Source: a virus (lineage: Duplodnaviria; Caudoviricetes). Taken from it: a stretch of DNA of 60,179 bases. The notes below the pieces were generated by a model. The model had not been told where the DNA came from. It worked only from the letters and a program-made list of their open reading frames with translations, and did not search any database. Within the stretch, counting starts at the first letter, position 1. Each line of letters begins with the position of its first letter. Shown here one piece after another: positions 1 to 8,424 of this stretch. The stretch lies in IMG/VR virus record IMGVR_UViG_3300031857_000191, positions 1 through 60,179 of that record; one strand, given 5' to 3'. Position numbers and translations under genes: made by a program.

Positions 1-223
1 TCTTTTCTTTGAGTTCAGGATATGACTCATAAAGATCATCTCCGATACCACATTTGAGAATTTGTATCGGAATTGTTTTGCCATTGTAATCTAAATATTG
101 ACTAATGTCTATTTTGGTTTCGAATGAGGCTTTGTACTGCTCTGTCTTTGTTGAGCCAACGGTTTGTCCTTTCACTGTCGTGAAAAGAAATATCCCTAGT
201 AATATTGCTAATAGATTTTTCAT
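1..223 (-). CDS. Secreted protein, 5' part only (runs off the window start); possibly CsgG/HfaB-like
   Basis: Not in the ORF track; hand translation MKNLLAILLGIFLFTTVKGQTVGSTKTEQYKASFETKIDISQYLDYNGKTIPIQILKCGIGDDLYESYPELKEK, with a Sec signal peptide ending VKG|Q. The CsgG-like call is inference. Confidence 0.7.
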   Translation of the reverse strand, partial: MKNLLAILLGIFLFTTVKGQTVGSTKTEQYKASFETKIDISQYLDYNGKTIPIQILKCGIGDDLYESYPELKEK

Positions 224-246
224 TTTGATTTAACATAATTTGATTT

Positions 247-273
247 AAAAAAAAGGGAACCGAAGTTCCCTTT
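247..273 (-). terminator. Rho-independent terminator
   Basis: Minus strand AAAGGGAAC-TTCG-GTTCCCTTT followed by a T run, just after the stop of 280..525. Confidence 0.8.
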
Positions 274-279
274 AGTTAA

Positions 280-525
280 TTATTCTTTTTCTCCTTTTCT
301 CTTGTTGATAAACTTATCAACAGAAGCGATACCAAAAGCACCTAACACAATTACCATAAAACCATCAAATACAAACTCGTGAATAGGCATATTTTTACCC
401 ATTATACCAGTTACAATATCTGCTATTAATGTAACTACCATCATTATGAAGGCTGTAAAGCCAACTACTGATTTTTCATTGATTGTGTTGCTGTCGTCAA
501 ACAGATTTTTCAAGAATTGTTTCAT
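280..525 (-). CDS. Small two-TM membrane protein (holin-like topology)
   Basis: Two hydrophobic segments and a basic C-terminus (KFINKRKGEKE). Confidence 0.6.
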   Translation of the reverse strand: MKQFLKNLFDDSNTINEKSVVGFTAFIMMVVTLIADIVTGIMGKNMPIHEFVFDGFMVIVLGAFGIASVDKFINKRKGEKE

Positions 526-549
526 ACTTTTAATTTTTATTATCCTTTA

Positions 550-1134
550 TTAATCTTTAATTTTACCACATTTTTGACATTCTTCTTCTCCGTCATGATC
601 ACTATCACCCCATTCATGTTCACATTGTCTATGTGCTTGATACTCGAACTCTAACTTTTCCATTTCTTGTTCATGCTCTTGCTTATCTTTAGCCATCGCC
701 TGATCATGTTCTTGTTGGTCAGTTGCTAATTCATGATTTTGTTTATTTTCAACTACAGCTAAATCTCTAGCTGCTGCTGCTCCTGCTACGAAAGCATCTG
801 GAATTAATGGAGTAAATGGTTTGTTACTTTCTTTAATGTCATTAACACTACCCATACTAACACCATCTTCCTCATCCATTTTCTGTACTAACATTTTATC
901 TTTATCAGTATCGCTAAACCAGTAGTCAATGATTTTGCCATAACTACCAATAAAAGCACCTAATAATAACATTAATAATTCTTTCCATGCCGCAGCCATA
1001 GGTGTCGCTAATCCAATAGCAGTAAATATACCTATGATTATAAGCATAAATCCACCTAATACCATTGCTGTGATGTACCATCTACGGGACATCATTTTAT
1101 TTAATAAATCTCTAAATCCTGTTGGTTGTTGCAT
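550..1134 (-). CDS. Two-TM membrane protein with coiled segment and C-terminal Cys/His motif
   Basis: N-terminal TM pair; C-terminal CEHEW...ECQKC putative metal-binding motif. Confidence 0.6.
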   Translation of the reverse strand: MQQPTGFRDLLNKMMSRRWYITAMVLGGFMLIIIGIFTAIGLATPMAAAWKELLMLLLGAFIGSYGKIIDYWFSDTDKDKMLVQKMDEEDGVSMGSVNDIKESNKPFTPLIPDAFVAGAAAARDLAVVENKQNHELATDQQEHDQAMAKDKQEHEQEMEKLEFEYQAHRQCEHEWGDSDHDGEEECQKCGKIKD

Positions 1135-1152
1135 ACTTTTATTTTTTATAAA

Positions 1153-1464
1153 TTACCACTGTGGTGCTTGTTCTTTAAATTCATCACCTTCTTTCTTCTT
1201 AGTTGGAGCTGGTTTAGCCGCTGGAGCTGCACCCGCTGCTTTTTCCTTGATGATTACAGTTTTACCTGCTGATTGAGCTTGTTGGTTGCTGTTAGTAATG
1301 TTAATTACTGGAGCCGCTGCTGGAGCAGGAGCTGCTTCATCACCACCACCTGTTAATTTATTTGTAATAAATCCACCTACACCTAGTGTAACTGTACTTA
1401 CCAAACCAATGATAATGTTTTTAAACGATTTACCAGTTGATTCTTGTTCTACTTCTTCTGCCAT
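1153..1464 (-). CDS. Single-TM protein with Ala/Pro-rich linkers
   Basis: One hydrophobic helix followed by AAPAPAAAP and AAGAAPAAKPAP linkers. Confidence 0.6.
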   Translation of the reverse strand: MAEEVEQESTGKSFKNIIIGLVSTVTLGVGGFITNKLTGGGDEAAPAPAAAPVINITNSNQQAQSAGKTVIIKEKAAGAAPAAKPAPTKKKEGDEFKEQAPQW

Positions 1465-1475
1465 TTTATTTAATT

Positions 1476-1847
1476 TTAAAGTTTATTAAAATCTGTTATA
1501 CCTAATTGTTTGCCACTAGCATCAAATAAAGCAATTCTATAAGCGGATGAAGGTAAAGCAGCTGTATATACTTTTAGTATATTATCACCTGCTATTACAT
1601 TAACAGTTTCTTTAGACACTACTCTATTTGAAATGTCAAATATTTTAATTGTAACTGATTGCGAAACATCACTTTTAACATTCATAGCAACTTCTGTTGT
1701 TACAAATGGTGATTGCAGTTTGATACCTACTGTTGAGGTTATTTTTAATTCAGCGTTCATTTGTGGAGGGGTTGGTGTGGGTACATCAATTTTTGTACAC
1801 CCTGCAAATAGAACGATAGCGAACGCTAATAAATATACGTTTTTCAT
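1476..1847 (-). CDS. Lipoprotein with T9SS C-terminal-domain-like Ig fold
   Basis: Lipobox LFAG-C, Pro-rich tether, then VTIKIFDISNRVV...LPSSAYRIAL pattern resembling the Por/T9SS type A sorting domain. Confidence 0.6.
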   Translation of the reverse strand: MKNVYLLAFAIVLFAGCTKIDVPTPTPPQMNAELKITSTVGIKLQSPFVTTEVAMNVKSDVSQSVTIKIFDISNRVVSKETVNVIAGDNILKVYTAALPSSAYRIALFDASGKQLGITDFNKL

Positions 1848-1859
1848 TGTGTCTTACTT

Positions 1860-2195
1860 TTAATTTATTATAATGGAAGTTTTACCTATTTGTGTTCTAG
1901 TATTATCTTCCAATATCAGATATAAATATTTAACAGGTAGTGAACTAGTGTATATTTTTAACTTGTTTTGTCCTACTTTACCATTAATGCGTTCCCTTGT
2001 TATTACGTTTTGGGTTTGATCTAACATTGTTAAAGTATATACACCTGGTGATTTTAAATCAAAGTAAATATCCCCACCATTAGACACAGTTGATTCAGTA
2101 ACACTGAATATATCCTGTACTGTTGGTGGTGTTGGTGGTACGTCTACCTTTTTACAAGCTGATAATAGTAGTAATATGAATAGTAATTTTTTCAT
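1860..2195 (-). CDS. Lipoprotein, paralogue of 1476..1847
   Basis: Lipobox LLSA-C, KVDVPPTPP tether; YTLTMLDQTQNVI...GQNKLKIYTSSLP aligns with GDNILKVYTAALP of the neighbouring gene. Confidence 0.6.
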   Translation of the reverse strand: MKKLLFILLLLSACKKVDVPPTPPTVQDIFSVTESTVSNGGDIYFDLKSPGVYTLTMLDQTQNVITRERINGKVGQNKLKIYTSSLPVKYLYLILEDNTRTQIGKTSIIIN

Positions 2196-4495
2196 TATTT
2201 TACTTTAACTTTTAATTGTTTACCGTCTTTATTAACAGCATCAGTAGCACCTATTGATATTAAACCTAATATATTATCAAGTTTAGTTGTTGATGTGAAT
2301 GTTATTTTATATTCAGTAGTATTATCTAATGTAGTACTACCATCACTAATTAATGAGCCTAAGTTTATATAATTGCCCTTATTAGTATTATAGTTCATTG
2401 GACTACCTTTTGTTTTATATTCTATGCCTTCAAATTTTAATATTGAATTATCATAATTTAACTGGAATTGAGTTCCTACTACTTCTTGCTGTAGTGGATC
2501 TAAAGTAATGTAGGCATATATTTTATCACTTATCTCAGTAACAATTGAAGTATTAATTTCATTTGATGTAGGTGTATTCATTAATCCAACAGCCATAGTT
2601 GTTAGACCATTTGAAGGTGGAGTTGCTGAGTGAGATAGGTTAACATCCCCTTTCCAAGTCACAGCTAAATTATAAGTGTAATTTATTATTCCATCTGTTA
2701 GATTAAAATTATAGTCTTTACCTAAATAAGATGGAAATTGCTGCCAGTTAGATTTACCTATTGTTCCATAGGTAGTATCTAATATAACTTTCATTGTGTT
2801 GTCTAAAGTATAACTATTAACTATGTTTTTAGCACCAGTTAAATTTTGTAATAGAGCGAAGCAATCAGATTCATCAAATGCATTATCATCATTCACATCA
2901 GCATTCTTATATTGAATACCATAAGTAAATTCATTACCTGTTTGATTACCAAATATACCTCCATTAGCTAATTCTTTAAATGCTAAATAAACATCAGATA
3001 CAGTTACTATACTATTATATAGTGTTCTTAATTGTACTGAATCATATTGCTGAAATTGAAATTTATGTTGCTTGTATTCTGCTAATTGTGATATTGAAAT
3101 TGTACTTTGAAATGCGTAATCAGTATTCCAGCCATTCACATTTCTAATATATGAATTTGATGTTGATGTTCCGTCGGTTATTTTTGTTAGTGGAGATGGT
3201 ACTGTGTATATTGCCCAACCATTAGCGTCATGTGATGTGTATGTTATAGATCCATCATAAGCATCAAATATTTTTGTATTTGTTATTTTAGTTGGATCAA
3301 CAGTAACCTGTCTCATATCAATTAGTAATCTACTATTACCATTTAACCAACTAGCATTTGGGTTAGTGTATGACCATTCAACTTGACCTGGTGTTATTGT
3401 TGCTTTATATTTTTGTGGGTTTAAAATTCTTGCTGTATCTAATTGTTCAGTAAGTGTCACTCTACCTAAACCATTTAATACTTTAAATGTATTACCTGTC
3501 CAGGTTGATGATGTATCATTTCTTTTAGATAATGAACCTAAGAATCTAGTTTCATCTATAACACCACCAAAATTAAAATTAAAATTTGCTCTTAAACTTG
3601 TATTTACACCGTTAGAGTGTATTACACTATTATTATAGAATTCCGTAAATGTTTGATCATCAGGATTTGTCCAAGTTCCAAATTCAATTACATAAGCACA
3701 ACTAAAATGGGCAGGCAAATCATTCCATTGAGAACCACCACCCCATTTAGTTACCGCATAATCTTCATTACCACTATTGTTTGGTTCACCGCCCGCCCAG
3801 TTATTATATTGTCCTTGTATGTTTCCGTTTAGTTGTCCGTTTGATGTTTTGATTAAAGTTCCCGCTTCAGGTCCAGCATCAATTCTCCATTGTGCCTCCA
3901 CTACTTCATCTGTTAATGCAAACCATATATTACCTTGTGGAACATTATTAAAAATAAATGCATCTTCATCTGCTGAAGTGATTGTTACTAAATATCCTTG
4001 CTGTCCTTTAAAGGTTTGTTGTGATGAAAGTAATTTAGCGTTTGGATATGTAGCTCCAGTTGATATTGGTCTATAAAAGTGTCCGTTTGTTGGATTATAG
4101 AAAAATCCTGTTGGATTTATAGTTGCCGATACTGATATTTGAATATTACCAGCTGTAGCTGTTGTGTTAATTTTAAGTGTTGCTAAAGCGTTATTAATAT
4201 TAGCTTGTGTACCTGTGAATGCTAAACGGGTTTTATTACCTGTCATAGTGTATCCTGTTGCTGGTGTTAAACCTGTTACAGTAGTTAAATTAAATGTAGT
4301 TCCAGCTGGGGCAGTAGGTAAACCAATAGCACATAATAAAGTTGATGTTGAATTAAATCCATTTAAACTAAATCCACTTGCATTTTGACCCGCTGTGTTT
4401 ATAGTAAATTCTTTAGCATCTGGTGCGGTGACAGATTGCCCAATCGATATGATTGAGCAAACTATCAATAATAATGTAACTATTATTTTTTTCAT
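2195..4495 (-). CDS. Secreted multidomain protein: C-type lectin + dockerin-like + cohesin-like
   Basis: Signal peptide from MKKIIV (start 4495); lectin motifs NGHFY, GYLVTITS, WFAL, GEPNN, WNDL; Ca-loop ADVNDDNAFDESD; C-terminal GTQFQLNYDNSILKF cohesin-like strands. Confidence 0.7.
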   Translation of the reverse strand: MKKIIVTLLLIVCSIISIGQSVTAPDAKEFTINTAGQNASGFSLNGFNSTSTLLCAIGLPTAPAGTTFNLTTVTGLTPATGYTMTGNKTRLAFTGTQANINNALATLKINTTATAGNIQISVSATINPTGFFYNPTNGHFYRPISTGATYPNAKLLSSQQTFKGQQGYLVTITSADEDAFIFNNVPQGNIWFALTDEVVEAQWRIDAGPEAGTLIKTSNGQLNGNIQGQYNNWAGGEPNNSGNEDYAVTKWGGGSQWNDLPAHFSCAYVIEFGTWTNPDDQTFTEFYNNSVIHSNGVNTSLRANFNFNFGGVIDETRFLGSLSKRNDTSSTWTGNTFKVLNGLGRVTLTEQLDTARILNPQKYKATITPGQVEWSYTNPNASWLNGNSRLLIDMRQVTVDPTKITNTKIFDAYDGSITYTSHDANGWAIYTVPSPLTKITDGTSTSNSYIRNVNGWNTDYAFQSTISISQLAEYKQHKFQFQQYDSVQLRTLYNSIVTVSDVYLAFKELANGGIFGNQTGNEFTYGIQYKNADVNDDNAFDESDCFALLQNLTGAKNIVNSYTLDNTMKVILDTTYGTIGKSNWQQFPSYLGKDYNFNLTDGIINYTYNLAVTWKGDVNLSHSATPPSNGLTTMAVGLMNTPTSNEINTSIVTEISDKIYAYITLDPLQQEVVGTQFQLNYDNSILKFEGIEYKTKGSPMNYNTNKGNYINLGSLISDGSTTLDNTTEYKITFTSTTKLDNILGLISIGATDAVNKDGKQLKVKVK

Positions 4496-4496
4496 A

Positions 4497-6131
4497 TTAT
4501 TCAACTATTAATTCTATCTTTTTACCAGTCGCATCAACTGCATCTGCTAATACTGTATAGAATAAACCTGCAGTATTATTTAAAGGTACTTTAGGTGTGA
4601 ATATTAGTTTATATGGAGTGCCAACTTTAATTCTAGCTGTCTTTAATTGATCAATTGAACCAAATGTTAATCTACCATCATTATGTGTTGAGAAATTTGT
4701 AATAGTAGACCCAGCATCAAATATAACATCTGTTAATGTTAATTTAGTACTGTCATATTGCATGATTACTTCTAAACCAGCTAAGTCAGCTTTAGTTAAA
4801 TTAGCTGATAATGTTACTTTATTATTTTCAATTGTTGAAGTTAAACTTAATGTTGCTTTCTCTAATATAGGTGCTTTGTAAGACATAGTACCAATTTTTA
4901 TAGTTTCACCTGTATTAGCTGAGTTTGTAAAAATACCACTAGCTATTCTAGCTGCAATTGTATCAGGATGAGATGAATGTGACCAATCTAGATCACCACC
5001 CCAAGCAAATACAGCATCTACAGTTTGTGCAGGTTGAGTAACATATACTCTATATTTTGAAGTACCATCTAACCAACTTTGATTTAATAAACCACTATGC
5101 CATCTCCAAGATGTAGATGTTGATGTCGGAATGAAAGCGTTAGCAGATACATCAATTCCCATCACATAAGCAAATGAATAATAAGCATCTGCTTCAGTAA
5201 ATGTCATATCGTTTTTAGTTACATTACCAATTCTTCTTTCAAGTGCAGGTCTTGTAAAAAATGTACTATTACCAGCTATATCAGTTTGAGAATGTCCTAA
5301 AAAGGCTCTATATGCGTCTGATACAGTTATTACATTGTTCATCCAACTTTTAGACGATGCATTTCCAATGAATACACCTAATGAATCACCAACTTTAACA
5401 CCTGTTGTGAATATAGCCTCACCACTACCGTCCAATGCTTTTTGTTGAAGTGGTTGTTGTGACCAATCAATATCACCACTACCATCATTTTTTAATCTCA
5501 TTAACTGAACATTATGGTCAGCGATATTATAACCCGATGGGAATAATACTCTTACTTTAAAGAAAGATGTATTGCCACTTACTCCAGTAACTGATAAAGG
5601 GCCTGATGTTGTTCTTACAAATGGAATATTGTTACCAGTTGCACTATCTAATGCATATGATAAGTCTAAATCATGAAAGTTCTCATATATATTTTGGTCT
5701 TTAAGAATATATTTTTGAGTTGCTATTACACCGTTGATTGATTGATCTGCTCTTTGAATTGCTAATTGTCCAACATTCCAATCCGCATTTACAGCATACG
5801 ACCAAGGTGTAGCTTGATACTGACCATATAATGATGTATCACTTACATTTGATTTAGGTGTAAATTTATAGTTAGTCCAACCAGTATAATAAGTTTGAGC
5901 TTGACTACCTTGTGAGAATGTAGTTGATAAATAAGTTAACGCCTTGTTATTAAATTGATACCTCAACCAAAAATAACGTGGTTTAGTTATACCTTTATCT
6001 ACTGTATATGTTACAGTTACAGTATCACCTACTTTGTAAGGTCCAGCTGAAATAGATTGGTTTACAATTATTTGAGCATTAGTTGTTATGGATACTATAA
6101 GTATTCCAATAGTTAATAATAATTTATTCAT
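4497..6131 (-). CDS. Secreted cohesin-like/dockerin-like protein
   Basis: Signal peptide; N-terminal KVGDTVTV...YQFNNKALTY and C-terminal LAGLEVIMQYDSTKLTL cohesin-like segments; shares TVSDxYxAF and WxGDxxxSHS motifs with 2195..4495. Confidence 0.6.
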   Translation of the reverse strand: MNKLLLTIGILIVSITTNAQIIVNQSISAGPYKVGDTVTVTYTVDKGITKPRYFWLRYQFNNKALTYLSTTFSQGSQAQTYYTGWTNYKFTPKSNVSDTSLYGQYQATPWSYAVNADWNVGQLAIQRADQSINGVIATQKYILKDQNIYENFHDLDLSYALDSATGNNIPFVRTTSGPLSVTGVSGNTSFFKVRVLFPSGYNIADHNVQLMRLKNDGSGDIDWSQQPLQQKALDGSGEAIFTTGVKVGDSLGVFIGNASSKSWMNNVITVSDAYRAFLGHSQTDIAGNSTFFTRPALERRIGNVTKNDMTFTEADAYYSFAYVMGIDVSANAFIPTSTSTSWRWHSGLLNQSWLDGTSKYRVYVTQPAQTVDAVFAWGGDLDWSHSSHPDTIAARIASGIFTNSANTGETIKIGTMSYKAPILEKATLSLTSTIENNKVTLSANLTKADLAGLEVIMQYDSTKLTLTDVIFDAGSTITNFSTHNDGRLTFGSIDQLKTARIKVGTPYKLIFTPKVPLNNTAGLFYTVLADAVDATGKKIELIVE

Positions 6132-6136
6132 TTGTT

Positions 6137-6787
6137 TTACTTTTCAAACAGTTTAGTGACTAATTTATCACAACCTTTTTTCAAAGCAGAACTTAATGAT
6201 GATTGATTAAATTTACCTCCTTGGTCAACTACAAGTGTAGTCATAGAGATTTCTGATGATGATTCTTCTATCTCAACTTCTTTTTGTTTTAATCCTTCTT
6301 TAAATAAAGTACCTCTTAATTTAATAACTACAGCGTTATCTGTTTTACCAAATACAGATACACCTTTTTTAGTTGTTATTTGATCTAAATGGAGGATATC
6401 AACATCTAAATAAAATTGAGCCTCTGGTGTTATATTATATCCTTTGTCTTGTAAATATTCTTCTAATACATTTTTAACTCCAAATTCTAAATTGCGGTTA
6501 CCTGCTAATTTACCTACTTTAACTAAGTTAGTCACATTTTGCACATAAATATGCTCTTCAGCGACATAATTAATATTTTTTGGATCATTTTTATAATTAC
6601 CATCAAAACGAACATAAAATTCATTTACTATTTCTCTTATTTTATCATCTTGATGTGTTGTCTCTAAATAAATGAAGTAGACTTGTGTTACTAAAGCGCT
6701 AATTACAAATACAACAGACGCGTAAAGTATACCTAGGACTAATCGATCTCTCAGACCATTAGCAATGGCCATTGCGTTTTTTAACAT
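6137..6787 (-). CDS. Membrane-anchored protein, possible CsgG/TolB-N-like fold
   Basis: N-terminal TM helix, then an alpha/beta domain ending in an amphipathic helix (FNQSSLSSALKKGCDKLV). Fold call is inference. Confidence 0.45.
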   Translation of the reverse strand: MLKNAMAIANGLRDRLVLGILYASVVFVISALVTQVYFIYLETTHQDDKIREIVNEFYVRFDGNYKNDPKNINYVAEEHIYVQNVTNLVKVGKLAGNRNLEFGVKNVLEEYLQDKGYNITPEAQFYLDVDILHLDQITTKKGVSVFGKTDNAVVIKLRGTLFKEGLKQKEVEIEESSSEISMTTLVVDQGGKFNQSSLSSALKKGCDKLVTKLFEK

Positions 6788-6808
6788 ACTCTTAATTTTT
6801 TATCAGAT

Positions 6809-6816
6809 ATAAATAT
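6809..6816 (-). promoter_or_regulatory. ATATTTAT motif, putative phage late promoter (representative copy)
   Basis: Same octamer also at 7541, 11905, 24305, 33339, 38292, 38750, 47627, 50121, 52580, 53651, 54221, 56339 and 57377, each shortly upstream of (or abutting) a minus-strand start codon. Confidence 0.65.
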
Positions 6817-6835
6817 GTTAATAATATAACCCAAT

Positions 6836-6864
6836 AAAAAAGAGTAACTATTTCTAGTTACTCT
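6836..6864 (-). terminator. Terminator downstream of tmRNA
   Basis: GAGTAACTA-GAAA-TAGTTACTC followed by a T run on the minus strand. Confidence 0.8.
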
Positions 6865-6870
6865 CATTTG

Positions 6871-7311
6871 TGGAGATGACGGGAGTCGAACCCGTGTCTT
6901 GTTAAGTATTCATAATACCAACGTTTCACATGCTTAGATCTGATAAATCTGATCAGTAGGGGCAAACCAGTTATGGTCGACTTCCACCACTTGATTTTAT
7001 GACTATCAAGAAAACAATTTGTAAGGCTGGGGCGATGTAGTCATTACTCTGCTTTCACACCCATCACTCCTAAAGAGCTGTCAGTATCAGAGTACCTTAC
7101 TAGCTTGTAACTTCTGTTCCTAGGATGTTACACCCGATGCTAATTAAGCAGCTAATGCGTACTCGTTCGCGCCTACGAATGACATTAAGTCTTCGAAGGT
7201 CATGGTTGACATTTCGTCGTTTATTGGTTTGTAGCTTTCTAAGGCGACACTACCGAACGCCTGCATGTGGTACTATCAATCGCATAGCAATCAAATACCA
7301 AAAACATCCCC
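6871..7311 (-). ncRNA. ssrA: tmRNA
   Basis: 5' GGGGATG pairs with 3' CATCTCC-A including the G3:U wobble; T-arm ACGGG-TTCGACT-CCCGT; internal reading frame 7218..7144 ends ANEYALAA-stop. Confidence 0.93.
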
Positions 7312-7328
7312 ATAATAGTTTTTAAAGT

Positions 7329-7360
7329 AAAAAATAAGCCACCCAGTAAACTGAGTGGCT
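7329..7360 (-). terminator. Terminator after small lipoprotein gene
   Basis: AGCCACTCAG-TTTA-CTGGGTGGCT followed by TATTTTTT on the minus strand. Confidence 0.75.
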
Positions 7361-7367
7361 ATATAAA

Positions 7368-7520
7368 TTACTTAGCAGAATCAACAGTAGATACAGTTGT
7401 ATCAACAGTCACAGTTGAATCAGTAGATACAGTTGTTGAATCAGTAGCAACTACATCAGTAGAAGCATTACCGCAAGCAGTTAAAGCAGCGATAGCGAAA
7501 ATAGCGATTAATTTTCTCAT
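7368..7520 (-). CDS. 50-aa Asp/Ser/Thr-rich lipoprotein (below ORF-track cutoff)
   Basis: MRKLIAIFAIAALTAC-GNASTDVVATDSTTVSTDSTVTVDTTVSTVDSAK; lipobox LTAC; ATATTTAT motif upstream and terminator downstream. Confidence 0.8.
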   Translation of the reverse strand: MRKLIAIFAIAALTACGNASTDVVATDSTTVSTDSTVTVDTTVSTVDSAK

Positions 7521-7553
7521 GTTTGTTTTTTTTGTTTATAATAAATATTATTG

Positions 7554-7639
7554 TGCCTCAGGCGAGAATCGAACTCGCACTCGCGTTGCGGCGAACAAGA
7601 TTTTAAGTCTTGCGTGTCTACCTATTTCACCACCAAGGC
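7554..7639 (-). tRNA. tRNA-Leu(TAA)
   Basis: Cloverleaf with CAAGA-CT-TAA-AA-TCTTG anticodon arm and long variable arm; CCA not encoded. Confidence 0.93.
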
Positions 7640-7660
7640 ATTATCTGTTATCTTATAATA

Positions 7661-7918
7661 TTAGAGAATATCATCATTAGATAGATTAATCTCTATTTTA
7701 TTTTTATTTCGTCTCACTTCTTCAGCTTCTTTGTAAAGCCTTATCCAAGTTAAACTAACATCAACTATAGCTAATACAGGTGCTAAAAATAGAACCATAA
7801 TCGCGTCTAATCCTGGTGCTGAGTCTAGTCCACCACCTCTTAAATTAGTTGCATTATAGCGTTTTACTAATTGATAAAAACAATAAATAACACTTACTAC
7901 ATAAATTGTCCAAAACAT
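7661..7918 (-). CDS. Small membrane protein
   Basis: Two hydrophobic segments; preceded by a TTTG-N20-TATATTTA promoter. Confidence 0.6.
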   Translation of the reverse strand: MFWTIYVVSVIYCFYQLVKRYNATNLRGGGLDSAPGLDAIMVLFLAPVLAIVDVSLTWIRLYKEAEEVRRNKNKIEINLSNDDIL

Positions 7919-7939
7919 TTCTTTATTTTTTAATTATAT

Positions 7940-7971
7940 TAAATATAATATCTTTTTTTTGGGTCATCAAA
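7940..7971 (-). promoter_or_regulatory. Bacteroidota sigmaA-type promoter (-33/-7)
   Basis: TTTG-N20-TATATTTA, close to the known TTTG-N19-21-TAnnTTTG consensus. Confidence 0.7.
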
Positions 7972-7987
7972 TTTATTTAACCCATTG

Positions 7988-8058
7988 TTGCCCCTCAAGG
8001 ATTCGAACCTCAACAAACAGTACCAAAAACTGTCGTACTACCGTTATACTAAAGGGCA
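7988..8058 (-). tRNA. tRNA-Gln(TTG)
   Basis: ACAGT-TT-TTG-GT-ACTGT anticodon arm; GGTTCGAATCC T-arm. Confidence 0.92.
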
Positions 8059-8063
8059 ATAAG

Positions 8064-8137
8064 CTCTCTCTCTTGGACTTGAACCAAGGACCCTCTGATT
8101 AACAGTCAGATGCTCTAACCAACTGAGCTAAGAAAGA
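8064..8137 (-). tRNA. tRNA-Asn(GTT)
   Basis: TAGCTCAGTTGGTTAGAGC D-arm; TCTGA-CT-GTT-AA-TCAGA anticodon arm. Confidence 0.93.
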
Positions 8138-8142
8138 GTATG

Positions 8143-8230
8143 CGGAAGCTCAGGGATTCGAACCCCAGAATCGCTCATCACGATTGCTTGTTTTCAAGAC
8201 AAGTCCGTTCAACCACTCCGGCAAGCTTCC
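8143..8230 (-). tRNA. tRNA-Ser(TGA)
   Basis: CTTGT-CT-TGA-AA-ACAAG anticodon arm, long variable arm, G discriminator. Confidence 0.93.
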
Positions 8231-8234
8231 GTTT

Positions 8235-8307
8235 TGAAGTAGGTCACTGGAAACCTTATAACTGATATATCAGCTTATGGGTTAAGTACTCCTCTTATGC
8301 TACTTCA
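8235..8307 (-). ncRNA. Unidentified structured RNA unit C1 (73 nt)
   Basis: 8-bp closing stem TGAAGTAG/CTACTTCA enclosing a long hairpin; ends 4 nt before tRNA-Ser. Confidence 0.55.
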
Positions 8308-8322
8308 TCGTACTCCAATTTG

Positions 8323-8423
8323 CAGTCAGGACAGGATTTGAACCTGTACGTCTCTTATTTTACAGTTGATTAATGAGACTACTCAACTAAGGTTAATAGC
8401 GTCTATCATTCCGCCACCTGACT
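8323..8423 (-). ncRNA. tRNA-like RNA A (Leu-type scaffold, non-canonical anticodon and variable regions)
   Basis: Acceptor AGTCAGG/CCTGACT, D-arm TGGCGGAATGATAGACGC, T-arm ACAGG-TTCAAAT-CCTGT; no clean 5-bp/7-nt anticodon arm. Confidence 0.75.
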
Positions 8424-8424
8424 A

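Noticed and set aside
7125-7325. 66-aa plus-strand ORF
   Set aside because: Antisense to the tmRNA.
8381-8397. Possible TTA anticodon (ochre suppressor) in tRNA-like RNA A, implying stop-codon recoding
   Set aside because: The stem is mismatched and position 33 would be C; TAA is the dominant stop and conserved genes are full length in the standard code.
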